Assembly: GCA_038063055.1 (NCBI GenBank)
Contig: JBBTVY010000005.1
Span: forward strand, 2,444 to 66,443
Length of the DNA stretch: 64,000 nucleotides
Reading direction: 5' to 3'
Source: Patescibacteria group bacterium
GTDB taxonomy: Bacteria > Patescibacteriota > Minisyncoccia > UBA6257 > 2-01-FULL-56-20
Shown piece by piece: positions 42,537 to 51,965 of the stretch. Numbering within the stretch: position 1 is the first letter of the stretch; each line of letters starts with the position of its first letter. The position numbers and the translations under genes are program-made. The notes under the pieces are model-generated. The model saw nothing but the letters and a program-made list of their open reading frames with translations. It did no database searches and was not told where the DNA came from.

Positions 42537-42716
42537 TATAAATATAATAAAGCCCTCCTTCGCATAAAGCTATGGAGGACTACTTCGCTACCCAAAACAC
42601 AGGCTTTTGGTGAATGTTGCTAAAGAATCATAATGTAAGCGTGTGCTTAGCACTACGAAGCTTTAGCGAAGTAGTGCGTCGGGCAGGAATCTCACTACTG
42701 ACTATGCTGCTTGAGA

Positions 42717-42804
42717 TGGTGCGTGGGGCAGGATTCGAACCTGCGTAGCCCATTGGGCGTCAGATTTACAGTCTGATGCGATTGGCCGCTCCGCCACCCA
42801 CGCA
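42717..42804 (-). tRNA. tRNA-Tyr (anticodon GUA), long variable arm, CCA encoded
   Basis: GCGTGGG/CCCACGC acceptor, anticodon loop CTGTAAA, 16-nt variable arm, T-loop TTCGAAT. Confidence 0.8.
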
Positions 42805-42813
42805 CCATCTCAA

Positions 42814-43056
42814 TCAACGGTTTATTAATTTTTTAAAGGCTTCTCCGCCTTTGTATGCTTTTATTTCTCTTTCACGCCCAACTGCCCGGGCGCGAGTTCT
42901 AAAATTCTCTGCATACACTACCTTATATGGCGTACGCGACCTTGTAAAGCGGGAATGGCCTGCGTTGTGTCTTTTTAATCTAGATTTTAAATCACTAGTA
43001 GAACCGATATAATGCGAGCCGTCTTTAAGGCTCTTAATGATATAAACAAGGTACAT
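42814..43056 (-). CDS. GIY-YIG nuclease-domain small protein (second copy)
   Basis: 'MYLVYIIKSLKDGSHYIGSTSDLKSRLKRHNAGHS'; the listed N-terminal extension runs over a tRNA-fragment repeat, so the internal start is preferred. Confidence 0.65.
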   Translation of the reverse strand: MYLVYIIKSLKDGSHYIGSTSDLKSRLKRHNAGHSRFTRSRTPYKVVYAENFRTRARAVGREREIKAYKGGEAFKKLINR

Positions 43057-43091
43057 TTCAATAGCCAATTTGGGCGTCCCGCCAGCGGCGG

Positions 43092-43125
43092 GATGCGATT
43101 GGCCGCTCCGCCACCGACGCATTCA
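43092..43125. repeat. Partial direct repeat (~31 bp, 2-3 mismatches) of the tRNA-Tyr 5' half (42775..42806)
   Basis: 'gatgcgattggccgctccgccaccgacgca' versus 'gatgcgattggccgctccgccacccacgca'. Confidence 0.75.
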
Positions 43126-43208
43126 CGCCAATGATAATACTGATATCTATATTCGTCAAAAAACCTTATCAAAAATCAATATGTTCCTGTTCGAAAATAC
43201 GCAGAAAA

Positions 43209-43571
43209 CTAATTGTTTTCAGAACCAGATATCTTTTCCTTCTTTTCCTCGATTGCGGACGGAGAATCTTCAGCCAAATCTTTGAAATCTATCTTTGGTT
43301 TGCCGTTGCCATTAGGCGAAACTTTTTTGAGCTTGTCGTTGATGAAATTGTCCACCTTCATAAGAACGACTTTCATTTTCCGCAGGAATTTAGTCAAAAA
43401 ACCGTTGAAAGCGGCGTCTATTTTTTCCGGAATTTCCGAAGAAGAAAAACGTTCAAAAAAATCAGGTTTGTCCGAAAATTCTTCATCGACGCGCGGTAGC
43501 GAACGGACAACAAGATAAAGCATCGTTCCGAGAGACGCCATCAAAATCGTTGTTAAAATGAATTGGAGCAT
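43209..43571 (-). CDS. Hypothetical small membrane protein
   Basis: N-terminal TM 'ILTTILMASLGTMLYLVV'. Confidence 0.4.
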   Translation of the reverse strand: MLQFILTTILMASLGTMLYLVVRSLPRVDEEFSDKPDFFERFSSSEIPEKIDAAFNGFLTKFLRKMKVVLMKVDNFINDKLKKVSPNGNGKPKIDFKDLAEDSPSAIEEKKEKISGSENN

Positions 43572-43704
43572 GATTACTAAAATTTCTAAGCACTAATATC
43601 TAATTTCTAAATAAATTCCAATGTCTTAAAATTACAAATGTTTGAGAAATTGAAATTTGTGACTTTGTTTAGAATTTCGCGATTAGAATTTAGGATTTTA
43701 TAAA

Positions 43705-44151
43705 TTATAACTCCAATCTGGAAAAAGCTTTAACTTTTATATTTTCACCGACTTGGGCGATGGTCAGCTTTATAAGTTCGTCTATCGTTTTGGACTCGTC
43801 TTTAATATACGGCTGTTTCAAAAGTTCTTCAACATTGGCTGGGCCAATGGCCGCTATTTGCATGGCAAGTTCGTGGGCCAGTTTCCGGAACGGTTCGGAG
43901 CGAACCACGAAGTCCGTCTCCGCGCGGACATCAAGAACAACTCCTATACGCTCGTTATGCACATAAGATTCTATCAGGCCGGCTCCGGCTTCTCTGCCCG
44001 CTCTTTTTTCCACTTTTGCCAAACCGCGTTCGTGTATTATTTTGACAGCCGCGTCTAAATCGCCTTTGCTTTCCGCGAAAGCCCGCTTGCACTCCATTAC
44101 TCCCGCTCCCGTCATGTCGCGCAATTTTTTTATGGAATCAACGGCTGTCAT
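43705..44151 (-). CDS. tsf: Elongation factor Ts (short form)
   Basis: 'IKKLRDMTGAGVMECKRAF' UBA-like N-terminus; internal start preferred; downstream of rpsB. Confidence 0.8.
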   Translation of the reverse strand: MTAVDSIKKLRDMTGAGVMECKRAFAESKGDLDAAVKIIHERGLAKVEKRAGREAGAGLIESYVHNERIGVVLDVRAETDFVVRSEPFRKLAHELAMQIAAIGPANVEELLKQPYIKDESKTIDELIKLTIAQVGENIKVKAFSRLEL

Positions 44152-44164
44152 AAAATATATCGAT

Positions 44165-44938
44165 TCAACTTGTTTTTGTTTCCGAAACCGCTTCAGCCGG
44201 TTCCTTCGGCTGGGCAACCACTGCGGCCCTGCCTTCTTTAATCGTTTCACTCATTTTACCCAAAAACCAAATGATGCTTTTTCTCGCCTTTGTGTTTCCG
44301 ACAATCGGGTACTCAACGATTCCAGGGTCTATATCGGTGTTTACGTAAGCGACAACCGGAATTCCGGCACGGTTGGCTTCGAGGACGGCAGTCATGTGCT
44401 GAGTCGTGTCAATGACAATAAGAACTTCCGGAAGGGCGGCGTAATTTTCAAGTCCGCCGAAAAGTTCCTCAAGGCGCCGTAATTCTTTTTCAAAACCAAG
44501 CTGTTCTTTTTTGGTGTATTTCCCCAGGGCGCCGCTTTTAAGTTCCGATTTTAATTTCCTGTAATATTCTATCCTTTTTGAAAGCACTTTGAAATTGGTT
44601 ATAAGCCCGCCGAGCCAGCGCACGTTGACGTACAGCAGATTCAGTTCTTTGGCGAAATCCGTCACCGCGTCGGACGCCTGAGGCTGCGTTCCGACAATCA
44701 TAACCGTTCCCCCGTTCCTGACTTTTTCTTTTACGAATGCGGACGCTTTTTCGAGTCCGTCAACGGTCTTTTGGAGGTTGATTATTTCTATTTCGTTACG
44801 CGTCGTCAGAATGTAGGGCTTCATCCGCGGATGCGTTTTTGTTTTTTTGCGTCCGAGAAAAACGCCCGCCTCGGTCAGGTCTTTGAACGCTCCTTCCGGG
44901 TAAAGGTCGGTTAAATTGTCCTGTTTTGTTTCTTCCAT
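44165..44938 (-). CDS. rpsB: 30S ribosomal protein S2
   Basis: 'LTEAGVFLGRKKTKTHPRMKPYI' S2 signature. Confidence 0.9.
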   Translation of the reverse strand: MEETKQDNLTDLYPEGAFKDLTEAGVFLGRKKTKTHPRMKPYILTTRNEIEIINLQKTVDGLEKASAFVKEKVRNGGTVMIVGTQPQASDAVTDFAKELNLLYVNVRWLGGLITNFKVLSKRIEYYRKLKSELKSGALGKYTKKEQLGFEKELRRLEELFGGLENYAALPEVLIVIDTTQHMTAVLEANRAGIPVVAYVNTDIDPGIVEYPIVGNTKARKSIIWFLGKMSETIKEGRAAVVAQPKEPAEAVSETKTS

Positions 44939-44985
44939 TGGTTACTAATTTACAGATTTTTACGAATATACGAATAGATTTTATT
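44939..44985. repeat. Truncated copy of the 78-bp palindromic 5'-UTR element, directly upstream of the rpsB start
   Basis: 'ggttactaatttacagatttttacgaatatacgaata' has 2 mismatches against 50621..50657. Confidence 0.7.
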
Positions 44986-45081
44986 TACTCATTACGTAAA
45001 ATCGCGCATTGTTATTTGGGGTTTATTGAGATTACGGTTAATAATTGTAAGCGATAACGGCTTTTTTTGCAAATCATTTTT

Positions 45082-45609
45082 TCAGAACTCTATTCCGTAT
45101 TTCGCGAGCTCGCCGTCGTTGAAGGGATGTTTTATTTCCTTCATTTCGGTCACCAGATTGGCAATATCAACGAATTCCTGCGGTGCGTTCCGTCCGCTCA
45201 AAATGAGCAAATTTTCTTTTGGATAATCCTTTATGGCCTCGAGAACACGCTCAGCATTGAGAATCCCGATTGAAACGGCGACATTGATTTCGTCAAGAAC
45301 TATCAACTGCCATTTTCCCGAAGCCGCCTCTTTTTTAAAAAACTCCAGCGCTTTTTCCGCCGCCTTCCGGTGTTCTTCGCGGGGCAATTTGTCGCCGAGT
45401 ATTCCGACGAACCCAAGACCCATTTTTACAATCTTAAATCTTAAATCATCAATCTTAAATCTTTCTCCGAACTCGTCTTCGCCTGAACGCCACGGACCCT
45501 TGATGAACTGAATCATCAAGGCGTTTTTGCCTCTGCCGATAACACGCACCATCTGCCCCAATGAAGCGGTCGTTTTTCCTTTACCATTCCCTGTAAATAA
45601 TAAAATCAT
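45082..45609 (-). CDS. ATP:cob(I)alamin adenosyltransferase (CobO/BtuR family)
   Basis: 'FTGNGKGKTTAS', 'QFIKG', 'GE', 'LDE', 'SGR', 'KHPF' in E. coli BtuR order. Contains an in-frame (AATCTTAAATC)x3 mini-repeat. Confidence 0.75.
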   Translation of the reverse strand: MILLFTGNGKGKTTASLGQMVRVIGRGKNALMIQFIKGPWRSGEDEFGERFKIDDLRFKIVKMGLGFVGILGDKLPREEHRKAAEKALEFFKKEAASGKWQLIVLDEINVAVSIGILNAERVLEAIKDYPKENLLILSGRNAPQEFVDIANLVTEMKEIKHPFNDGELAKYGIEF

Positions 45610-45610
45610 T

Positions 45611-46849
45611 TTATTTTATTACTCCACCACCGAGCACTTCCATGTCCTCCGTAGCCTCGGCGAAGGAGGAACTTGATTTCGAACCCGCCGTCGTTAAAGC
45701 TTTGGCGGGCACGTAGAATACCGCGGACTGGCCTGCGGCAACGAATTTTTGGGGCTTGTCGAAAACAAGCTTCAGTTCTCTGCCTTTTTCAAATTCGAGC
45801 GACGCTCTAAAAAGCGGCTGACGGTAGCGGACTCTGGCAAATACGGAAATCGGCAATTTGTCATCGGTTATTTGGTTGATGAAATTCAAATCCGTCAGCC
45901 CAACTTCTTCCCTGAAAAGCGATTCGTCGCTTTCGCCTTCGGCAACTACTAAGGTGTTATTGCGGACGTTTTTGCCAGAAACGTAAAACGGCTTGTTCCC
46001 TTCGTCAGTCCTTTTCCAGTCGCCAGAATAAAGCCCATGCCTTTGTCCAATGGTATAGAAATGCGCGCCGGAATGTTTTCCTATTTTCTTTCCGGAGACG
46101 TTTAAAACAACTCCCTTTTTGACCGGCAAATAATTTCTCAAAAAATCAGAGAGGGTCACTTTGCCGAGAAAACAAATTCCCTGCGAATCTTTCTTTTCGG
46201 CCGTGGGTAAGCCGGCTTTTTTAGCGATTGCTCTGACTTCCGGTTTTAAGTAATCGCCTATTGGAAAAAGACAATGCTTAAGCTGCTCCTGGTTCAAAGT
46301 CCACAAAAAATAACTCTGGTCCTTGCTCTTGTCTTTGGCTGCATAAAGCGAAAAACGGCCGTTTTTTTCTTTGATTCTTACGTAATGTCCGGTAGCCACG
46401 TAATCCGCTCCGAACTTCAGCGCTTTTTCAAGAAACAGGCCGAATTTTATTTCTTTGTTGCACATTACGTCCGGATTCGGGGTGAGCCCGCGGCGGTAGC
46501 CGTCAACCATGTAATCGACGACTTTCTTTTTATATTCCTCCTCGAAATCCCAGACATAGAAAGGAATGCCGAGTTTTCCGGCGACGCGGCGCGCGTCTTC
46601 CGCGTCGGTTTCGGCGCAGTTTACCCCGAGCGATTTATCCCGAGCCGCGTCGAGGGAAGTCGAGGGGCCGTTATCGCTTCCCAAGCAACGCATAAAAACG
46701 CCGATTACGTCGTAACCTTTTTTTTTGAGCAAAAGGGCGGCCACCGACGAATCAACGCCTCCCGACATGGCGACAAAAACCAATTTCTTTTTTGAAACTG
46801 ATTTGCGCTTGGACATTCCGACAAATACGTTTTCTCCTTTAGACATCAA
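45611..46849 (-). CDS. mnmA: tRNA 2-thiouridylase MnmA
   Basis: PP-loop 'SGGVDSS'; length and motifs typical of MnmA. Confidence 0.85.
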   Translation of the reverse strand: MMSKGENVFVGMSKRKSVSKKKLVFVAMSGGVDSSVAALLLKKKGYDVIGVFMRCLGSDNGPSTSLDAARDKSLGVNCAETDAEDARRVAGKLGIPFYVWDFEEEYKKKVVDYMVDGYRRGLTPNPDVMCNKEIKFGLFLEKALKFGADYVATGHYVRIKEKNGRFSLYAAKDKSKDQSYFLWTLNQEQLKHCLFPIGDYLKPEVRAIAKKAGLPTAEKKDSQGICFLGKVTLSDFLRNYLPVKKGVVLNVSGKKIGKHSGAHFYTIGQRHGLYSGDWKRTDEGNKPFYVSGKNVRNNTLVVAEGESDESLFREEVGLTDLNFINQITDDKLPISVFARVRYRQPLFRASLEFEKGRELKLVFDKPQKFVAAGQSAVFYVPAKALTTAGSKSSSSFAEATEDMEVLGGGVIK

Positions 46850-48117
46850 TCTTTGCCTTCATATTCCCTCGCCAGAAGCTGAGAATCAATCTGCCGCATC
46901 ATATCGAGAACAACCGCGACGACGATAAGAAGCGCCGTTCCGCTTACGTTCAAAACAGATATTTTGGTGAACGCCTGAACCACCAGCGGCAAAATCGCTA
47001 TCGTCCCGAGAGCCACCGCTCCGAGAAAAGTAACCCTGCCAATCAGCTTGGAAAAATAATTTGCCGTCGCTTCGCCCGGCCTGATGCCCGGCACGAAACC
47101 GCCGCTCCTCTGAAGATTTTTTGAAACTTCTTCCGGATTGAAAGTTATCGCCGTGTAAAAATACGTGAAAAGAACAACCAGCAAAAAGTAAAAAATTCCG
47201 TAAAAAAGTGTATTGTTCAAAAAACCGGTAACCAGGTCGTTGAGTTTCAACGCCAAATTAACTGAAAAAATAGACGTTATCTGGGCCAAAAACTGGGGAA
47301 ACAGAAGGACGGAAATGGCGAATATAAGCGGAATCATTCCGGCCTGGTTGACTTTAAGCGGGAGATAGCTTTGCACTCCTCCGAACATTTTCATTCCCCT
47401 GACACGCCTGGCGTAAGCCACGGGAACTTTTCTCTGGCCTTCGTTCAGATAAACGACGCCCGCCACCAAAAACAACGTTACTAAAATGAAACCGATGTAA
47501 GTAGGCAGAGCGGACGGAGTATACGACAAAAGCGCCTGCTGAACCCCGACGGGCAAACTGCTTACGATGCCCGCTAAAATTATAAGGGAAACTCCGTTGC
47601 CGATTTTCTGTTCGCTTATGAGTTCGCCGAACCAGAGAGCTATCATGGAACCGGCGGTAATCGCGAGAACGTTTCCTATCATGTCGAAAGCGCTCGGTCG
47701 CTGAATGATATTTTGCGAAATCAGGAGGCTCAAAAAACCGTAGGCCTGAAGAAAGGCGAGCGGGACGGTCAACATGCGCGAATACTGGTTGAATTTGGCC
47801 TGTCCTCTGGCGCCTTCTTCGTACATCATTTCTTTGAGGCGCGGAAAAATAATCGTTAAAAGCTGCATTATGATTGTCGCCGTGATGTAGGGGCCAACTC
47901 CCAACATCGCCACCGACAGTGTGGATAAACCGCCGCCGGAGAAAATATTAAGAAAACCGAAAAGCTGGTTAGACGAGAAAAACTGTTCAAGGCGCAACGC
48001 GTCTATTCCAGGAATCGGCACCGCGGCCAAAACACGGAAAGAAACCAGAAGCCCGAGAACTACGAGAATTTTCTTCCGCAAATCCTTGATTTTAAATATC
48101 TGCAAGAAACGGTTCAT
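46846..48117 (-). CDS. secY: Preprotein translocase subunit SecY
   Basis: 10-TM SecY pattern; positioned after rplO. Confidence 0.9.
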   Translation of the reverse strand: MNRFLQIFKIKDLRKKILVVLGLLVSFRVLAAVPIPGIDALRLEQFFSSNQLFGFLNIFSGGGLSTLSVAMLGVGPYITATIIMQLLTIIFPRLKEMMYEEGARGQAKFNQYSRMLTVPLAFLQAYGFLSLLISQNIIQRPSAFDMIGNVLAITAGSMIALWFGELISEQKIGNGVSLIILAGIVSSLPVGVQQALLSYTPSALPTYIGFILVTLFLVAGVVYLNEGQRKVPVAYARRVRGMKMFGGVQSYLPLKVNQAGMIPLIFAISVLLFPQFLAQITSIFSVNLALKLNDLVTGFLNNTLFYGIFYFLLVVLFTYFYTAITFNPEEVSKNLQRSGGFVPGIRPGEATANYFSKLIGRVTFLGAVALGTIAILPLVVQAFTKISVLNVSGTALLIVVAVVLDMMRQIDSQLLAREYEGKD

Positions 48118-48141
48118 TTAAAAAATATCAAAAAGAATTTT

Positions 48142-48630
48142 TTACTTTTTGGACTTTGATTTTTCATTTTTTATTTCGGCCTTTGGACTTTGAATTTCCA
48201 GTTTACCGCCGGCTTTTTCTATCTTTTCGCCGGCCGACTTGGAAAAATGAATCCCCTTGATTGAAACGGGAGAATCTATGTTGCCGCCCAAAATCTTGAC
48301 TTCTCCCCGATAATACATCGGCAAAATTCCTATTTCTTTCAGAAAGTTCCTGTCGATTTCAACTATTTTCTTTTCTTTGGAAAAGATACCGATTTTTTTG
48401 GATAATTCAGAAAGACCGACAATGAACGGCTTTTCCGAAACCGGCCGGTTCTGGTATCCGCGCCTTTTCGGCAGGCGGAGAATAAGATCCCTTATCGCCG
48501 GCCTTATTCTGCGGCCAGCCCTGGATTTTTGCCCCTTCGTTCCGCGTCCGGAAAAGGTTCCACGTTTGCCGCCTCGGCCGATGCGCTTCTTGGATTTTTT
48601 ATTTCTAGGAATTAAATTATGGAGCTGCAT
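48142..48630 (-). CDS. rplO: 50S ribosomal protein L15
   Basis: 'RIGRGGKRGTFSGRGTKGQKSRAG'. Confidence 0.9.
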   Translation of the reverse strand: MQLHNLIPRNKKSKKRIGRGGKRGTFSGRGTKGQKSRAGRRIRPAIRDLILRLPKRRGYQNRPVSEKPFIVGLSELSKKIGIFSKEKKIVEIDRNFLKEIGILPMYYRGEVKILGGNIDSPVSIKGIHFSKSAGEKIEKAGGKLEIQSPKAEIKNEKSKSKK

Positions 48631-48640
48631 GATTTTATTT

Positions 48641-49123
48641 TTATTGCATCGCTTTGCCCGGCGCTTCGGATCTCAGTTTCTTCAAGGCTTCAATCGTAGC
48701 CATAGCATTGGTAAGTTTGTTTGATGTGCGGCCCAAACATTTGGCGGTTGCGTCACGAACGCCGGAAAGCGCCAAAACCGAACGCACCGCTCCCCCGGCT
48801 TTTAACCCGTGTCCCGCAACCGCCGGTTTTATCAAAACTTTCGCGGCGCTGTATTTGGCATCGACTTCATGCGGAATAGTCCTGTTGTCTTTGAGATGGA
48901 TAAAAATAATCTTTTTCTTGGCGGCCGTTTTCGCCTTTTCAACCGAGCTTTGAACATCAAGTCCCTTAGCTACACCCACGCCGATTCTTCCCTTTTCGTC
49001 GCCTATAACTACGGTCGCCCTGAAACGGAAACGCTTTCCGCCGGCGACAACGCGAGTTACCCTCCGAATGTCGAGCACTTTTTCCTTAAATTCTTCTTTT
49101 TTTACGTATCTTTCTCTTCTCAT
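48641..49123 (-). CDS. rpsE: 30S ribosomal protein S5
   Basis: 'RVTRVVAGGKRFRFRATVVIGDEKGRIGVGVAKG'; directly abuts rplO with no L30 gene. Confidence 0.9.
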   Translation of the reverse strand: MRRERYVKKEEFKEKVLDIRRVTRVVAGGKRFRFRATVVIGDEKGRIGVGVAKGLDVQSSVEKAKTAAKKKIIFIHLKDNRTIPHEVDAKYSAAKVLIKPAVAGHGLKAGGAVRSVLALSGVRDATAKCLGRTSNKLTNAMATIEALKKLRSEAPGKAMQ

Positions 49124-49240
49124 GCCAATTTTATTTGTGAAAACAAGTTTAACTCATTAACTCAGTTTGAGCAAGCATAAAATTGAGCACCATGTTAGAT
49201 AGAAAATTCTTCGCTTTCAGCTCTAATTTTTTAACAAACT

Positions 49241-49603
49241 CTAAATTTTTAAGCCGCCTTTTTTTGCTCCTTCGGCGATTGCCTTAACGCGGCCGTGATA
49301 TTTGTACGAACCACGGTCAAAAATTGCCTGCTTGACTCCCGCGGCCATGGCTTTTTTCGCGAGTTCTTCTCCGACGCGCGAAGCCTGCGCCGTTTTCGAA
49401 TCCTTATGCGCCGATTTTTTTATTCCGGGCGCCGAAACACCCGCCAGAGTACGACCCTTTTCATCGTCGATCAGCTGCGCATAAACATACCGGTTGCTCC
49501 TAAAAACTGAAAGTCTCGGTTTTTGCGCTGTTCCGAAAATTTTAGCCCTTGTTCTTCTTTGTCGCCGCGTTTTTATTTCATTTAATATTTTTTTCTGATT
49601 CAT
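49241..49603 (-). CDS. rplR: 50S ribosomal protein L18
   Basis: 'RLSVFRSNRYVYAQLIDDEKGRTLAG'. Confidence 0.9.
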   Translation of the reverse strand: MNQKKILNEIKTRRQRRTRAKIFGTAQKPRLSVFRSNRYVYAQLIDDEKGRTLAGVSAPGIKKSAHKDSKTAQASRVGEELAKKAMAAGVKQAIFDRGSYKYHGRVKAIAEGAKKGGLKI

Positions 49604-49609
49604 GTTTCT

Positions 49610-50155
49610 TTATGCCGCGGCTGTGGCTACTTTCTTGCCGGCCTTTCTTCTGATGACTTCATTTTTATAACGGATGCCTTTGCCCTTGTAAGGTTCCGGT
49701 TTTTTAAGCTGTCTTATTTTAGCCGCCGTTTCTCCCACGAGTTGCTTGTCCATCCCGGACACCGTGATTACGTTTTTTTCGACGGTTATCGAAATGCCCT
49801 CCGGAACCTCGAATTTTACCGGTTTTACGTATCCGAGCGACAGCATGAGATTTTTGCCTTCTGTGTTCGCGCGATAACCTATTCCCTCTATTTCAAGAAT
49901 TTTAGAAAAGCCGGCTGAAACTCCCTGCGAGGCGTTTTTAACAAGAGACCACATTGTGCCGGCGTTGGCGCGCGCCTGTCTGACATTATTGGTCTGTGAA
50001 ATTTCCGCCAAGCCGCCATCGGTCTTTATTTTCAAAAAAGGCAGAATAGAAACCTTCAATTCGCCTTTCGGCCCCTTTAAAAACAAAATTCCGGATTCCT
50101 CCCTAACCGTCACTCCTTCGGGCAATATTACTGGTTTTTTTGCTAGTCTGCTCAT
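49610..50155 (-). CDS. rplF: 50S ribosomal protein L6
   Basis: 'MSRLAKKPVILPEGVTV'; internal start preferred. Confidence 0.85.
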   Translation of the reverse strand: MSRLAKKPVILPEGVTVREESGILFLKGPKGELKVSILPFLKIKTDGGLAEISQTNNVRQARANAGTMWSLVKNASQGVSAGFSKILEIEGIGYRANTEGKNLMLSLGYVKPVKFEVPEGISITVEKNVITVSGMDKQLVGETAAKIRQLKKPEPYKGKGIRYKNEVIRRKAGKKVATAAA

Positions 50156-50237
50156 GAATCGTTTCTGCAAATGGTGCGGGGTAAGGTTTGGCAACCAATC
50201 GCACTGCGCTTATTGCTTGCGCTCTTGGGCCAAGCCC

Positions 50238-50618
50238 TTACCATATTTCGAACAAATATTCCCCGCCGACTTTTTTCTTGCGCGCGTCGCGGTCCGCCAA
50301 AATTCCCTGGGTCGTGGAAAACATGCCAAGCCCGTATCCCTGCTTCACTTTCCTGACTTCTCCGCTTCTGACGTAAATATGGCGGCTTGGACGGCTTATT
50401 ATTTTAAAATCGTTGAATGATGAAGAATTGTTTTTGTAATTAATTTTTATTTCGATGAAATTTCTGTTTCCCACCGTTTTTTTCTGGACATCCTTCAAAT
50501 ATCCGTTGGCGGCGAGAATTTTTGCCACCTCGAAATCAAAATTAGAAAAAGGAGTTGAAAAATTTTCCTTTTTCGCGTTGACTGCGTTTTTAATTTTTGC
50601 CAAAAGGTCGTAGTACAT
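50238..50618 (-). CDS. rpsH: 30S ribosomal protein S8
   Basis: S8 family pattern and operon position. Confidence 0.9.
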   Translation of the reverse strand: MYYDLLAKIKNAVNAKKENFSTPFSNFDFEVAKILAANGYLKDVQKKTVGNRNFIEIKINYKNNSSSFNDFKIISRPSRHIYVRSGEVRKVKQGYGLGMFSTTQGILADRDARKKKVGGEYLFEIW

Positions 50619-50625
50619 TGGGTTA

Positions 50626-50703
50626 CTAATTTACAGATTTTTATGAATATACGAATAAAAATTTTGTTTATTTATAAAATTCGTATATTCGTACTGATTC
50701 GTA
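50626..50703. repeat. 78-bp palindromic element in the rpsH 5' UTR, identical to 53996..54073
   Basis: 'ctaatttacagatttttatgaatatacgaataaaaattttgtttatttataaaattcgtatattcgtactgattcgta' contains the inverted repeat gaatatacgaata/tattcgtatattc. Confidence 0.85.
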
Positions 50704-50713
50704 CTTCGTAAAA

Positions 50714-50899
50714 TCACCATGAAGCTTTTTTAACGCCCGGTATCTCGCCCCGGCTGGCCATTTCCCTGAAACAAATCCTGCACAGGCCAAAAGTTCTCAT
50801 ATATCCCCTTTTTCGTCCGCACCGAAAACAGCGCCTTACGGACCTTGTGGAAAATTTTGGAGTTTTTTTGCTCCGGGCTATTACTGAAAGTTTTGCCAT
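50714..50899 (-). CDS. rpsN: 30S ribosomal protein S14 (type Z, zinc-binding)
   Basis: 61 aa with '[23 protein letters not shown]'. Confidence 0.9.
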   Translation of the reverse strand: MAKLSVIARSKKTPKFSTRSVRRCFRCGRKRGYMRTFGLCRICFREMASRGEIPGVKKASW

Positions 50900-50900
50900 T

Positions 50901-51422
50901 TTATTTTTTCAGCGGCACGCCAAGACGGCGATATTCGCCTATTGCTTCTTCGCGGTTTTTTTTCTTCGGCACGACGTTGATTCCAAAAGAAAAAATGATT
51001 GGCGATTCTTCCGGGTTTATTTCCGGAAACACCATTTGCTCCGGAAAACCGAGGTTAAGCGTTCCTACCTTGTCTATAAAATCCTGATCAACGCCCCTGA
51101 AATCGCGCACGCGGGGCAATACTATTGTAATCAGGCGCTCAAAAAAATCAACCATTTTATGGCGACGCAGGGTTACCTTGATTCCGACAATTTGCCCTTC
51201 CCTGACTTTGAATCCGGCGATTGATTTTTTCGCTTTTGCCGTTTCTGGTCTCTGCCCTGCGATCGCCGAAATATCACGGATTAACTGCGGCAGGATCTTT
51301 TCGTCAAAATTCGGCTGTTGGCTCAAACGGCCAACGCCGGCGTTGATTACTATCTTTTCCAGAAACTTGGAAATTTCTGGTTTGCGTCCTGTTTTTATTT
51401 TTGAAACGTTAATTTTGGTCAT
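50901..51422 (-). CDS. rplE: 50S ribosomal protein L5
   Basis: L5 family pattern and operon position. Confidence 0.9.
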   Translation of the reverse strand: MTKINVSKIKTGRKPEISKFLEKIVINAGVGRLSQQPNFDEKILPQLIRDISAIAGQRPETAKAKKSIAGFKVREGQIVGIKVTLRRHKMVDFFERLITIVLPRVRDFRGVDQDFIDKVGTLNLGFPEQMVFPEINPEESPIIFSFGINVVPKKKNREEAIGEYRRLGVPLKK

Positions 51423-51454
51423 CTTGTGGTGAGTTTTATCGAACCATTTTTATT

Positions 51455-51772
51455 TCAGATTTTGGCTCCGCATTTTTTGCAGTGGCGCGTTTTTAGTCCG
51501 CCGCCCGACGAACCTTCAATTTGGAAACCGACGCGGGTATGCTTTTTGCAGTTCGGGCAGATAATCATCGCGTTTGAAGACGAAAACGGCCTGGAGACCA
51601 TTACCGTTTCTCCTTTTTCTCCCTGGCGGCGGGGTTTTACCCGCTTTTTGTAGATATTGACTCCCTCCACGGTTATTCTGGATTCCTCCGGAAAAACGCG
51701 GATAACGGCCCCGGTTTTGCCGCGGTCTTTCCCGCTGATTATTTTAACTTGGTCTCCTTTTTTTATTTTCAT
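51455..51772 (-). CDS. rplX: 50S ribosomal protein L24 with C-terminal zinc-ribbon extension
   Basis: KOW 'KIKKGDQVKIISGKDRGKTGAV' followed by 'CPNCKKH...CKKCGAKI'. Confidence 0.85.
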   Translation of the reverse strand: MKIKKGDQVKIISGKDRGKTGAVIRVFPEESRITVEGVNIYKKRVKPRRQGEKGETVMVSRPFSSSNAMIICPNCKKHTRVGFQIEGSSGGGLKTRHCKKCGAKI

Positions 51773-51818
51773 GTTAGTTTTTCTTAACGAACGTAAGTGA
51801 GTTTAGAAACAACTTACA

Positions 51819-51929
51819 CCCCGCACCTTTGCTGCAAAAATTCAGAATGCGACCCAAAATAAAGCGGAGCGATTCGCCTGCGGCTTTGTTTTGATTTGTT
51901 TTCATAATCTTTGCCATAAAGGTGCGGGG
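51819..51929 (-). repeat. 12-bp perfect inverted repeat with an 87-nt loop in the rplN-rplX spacer (long structured 5' UTR of rplX)
   Basis: 'ccccgcaccttt' at 51819..51830 pairs with 'aaaggtgcgggg' at 51918..51929; the 193-bp spacer is otherwise atypical in this compact operon. Confidence 0.55.
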
Positions 51930-51965
51930 TTTAGAACTTGTAATTCGCTTCGCTCATAACAATTT

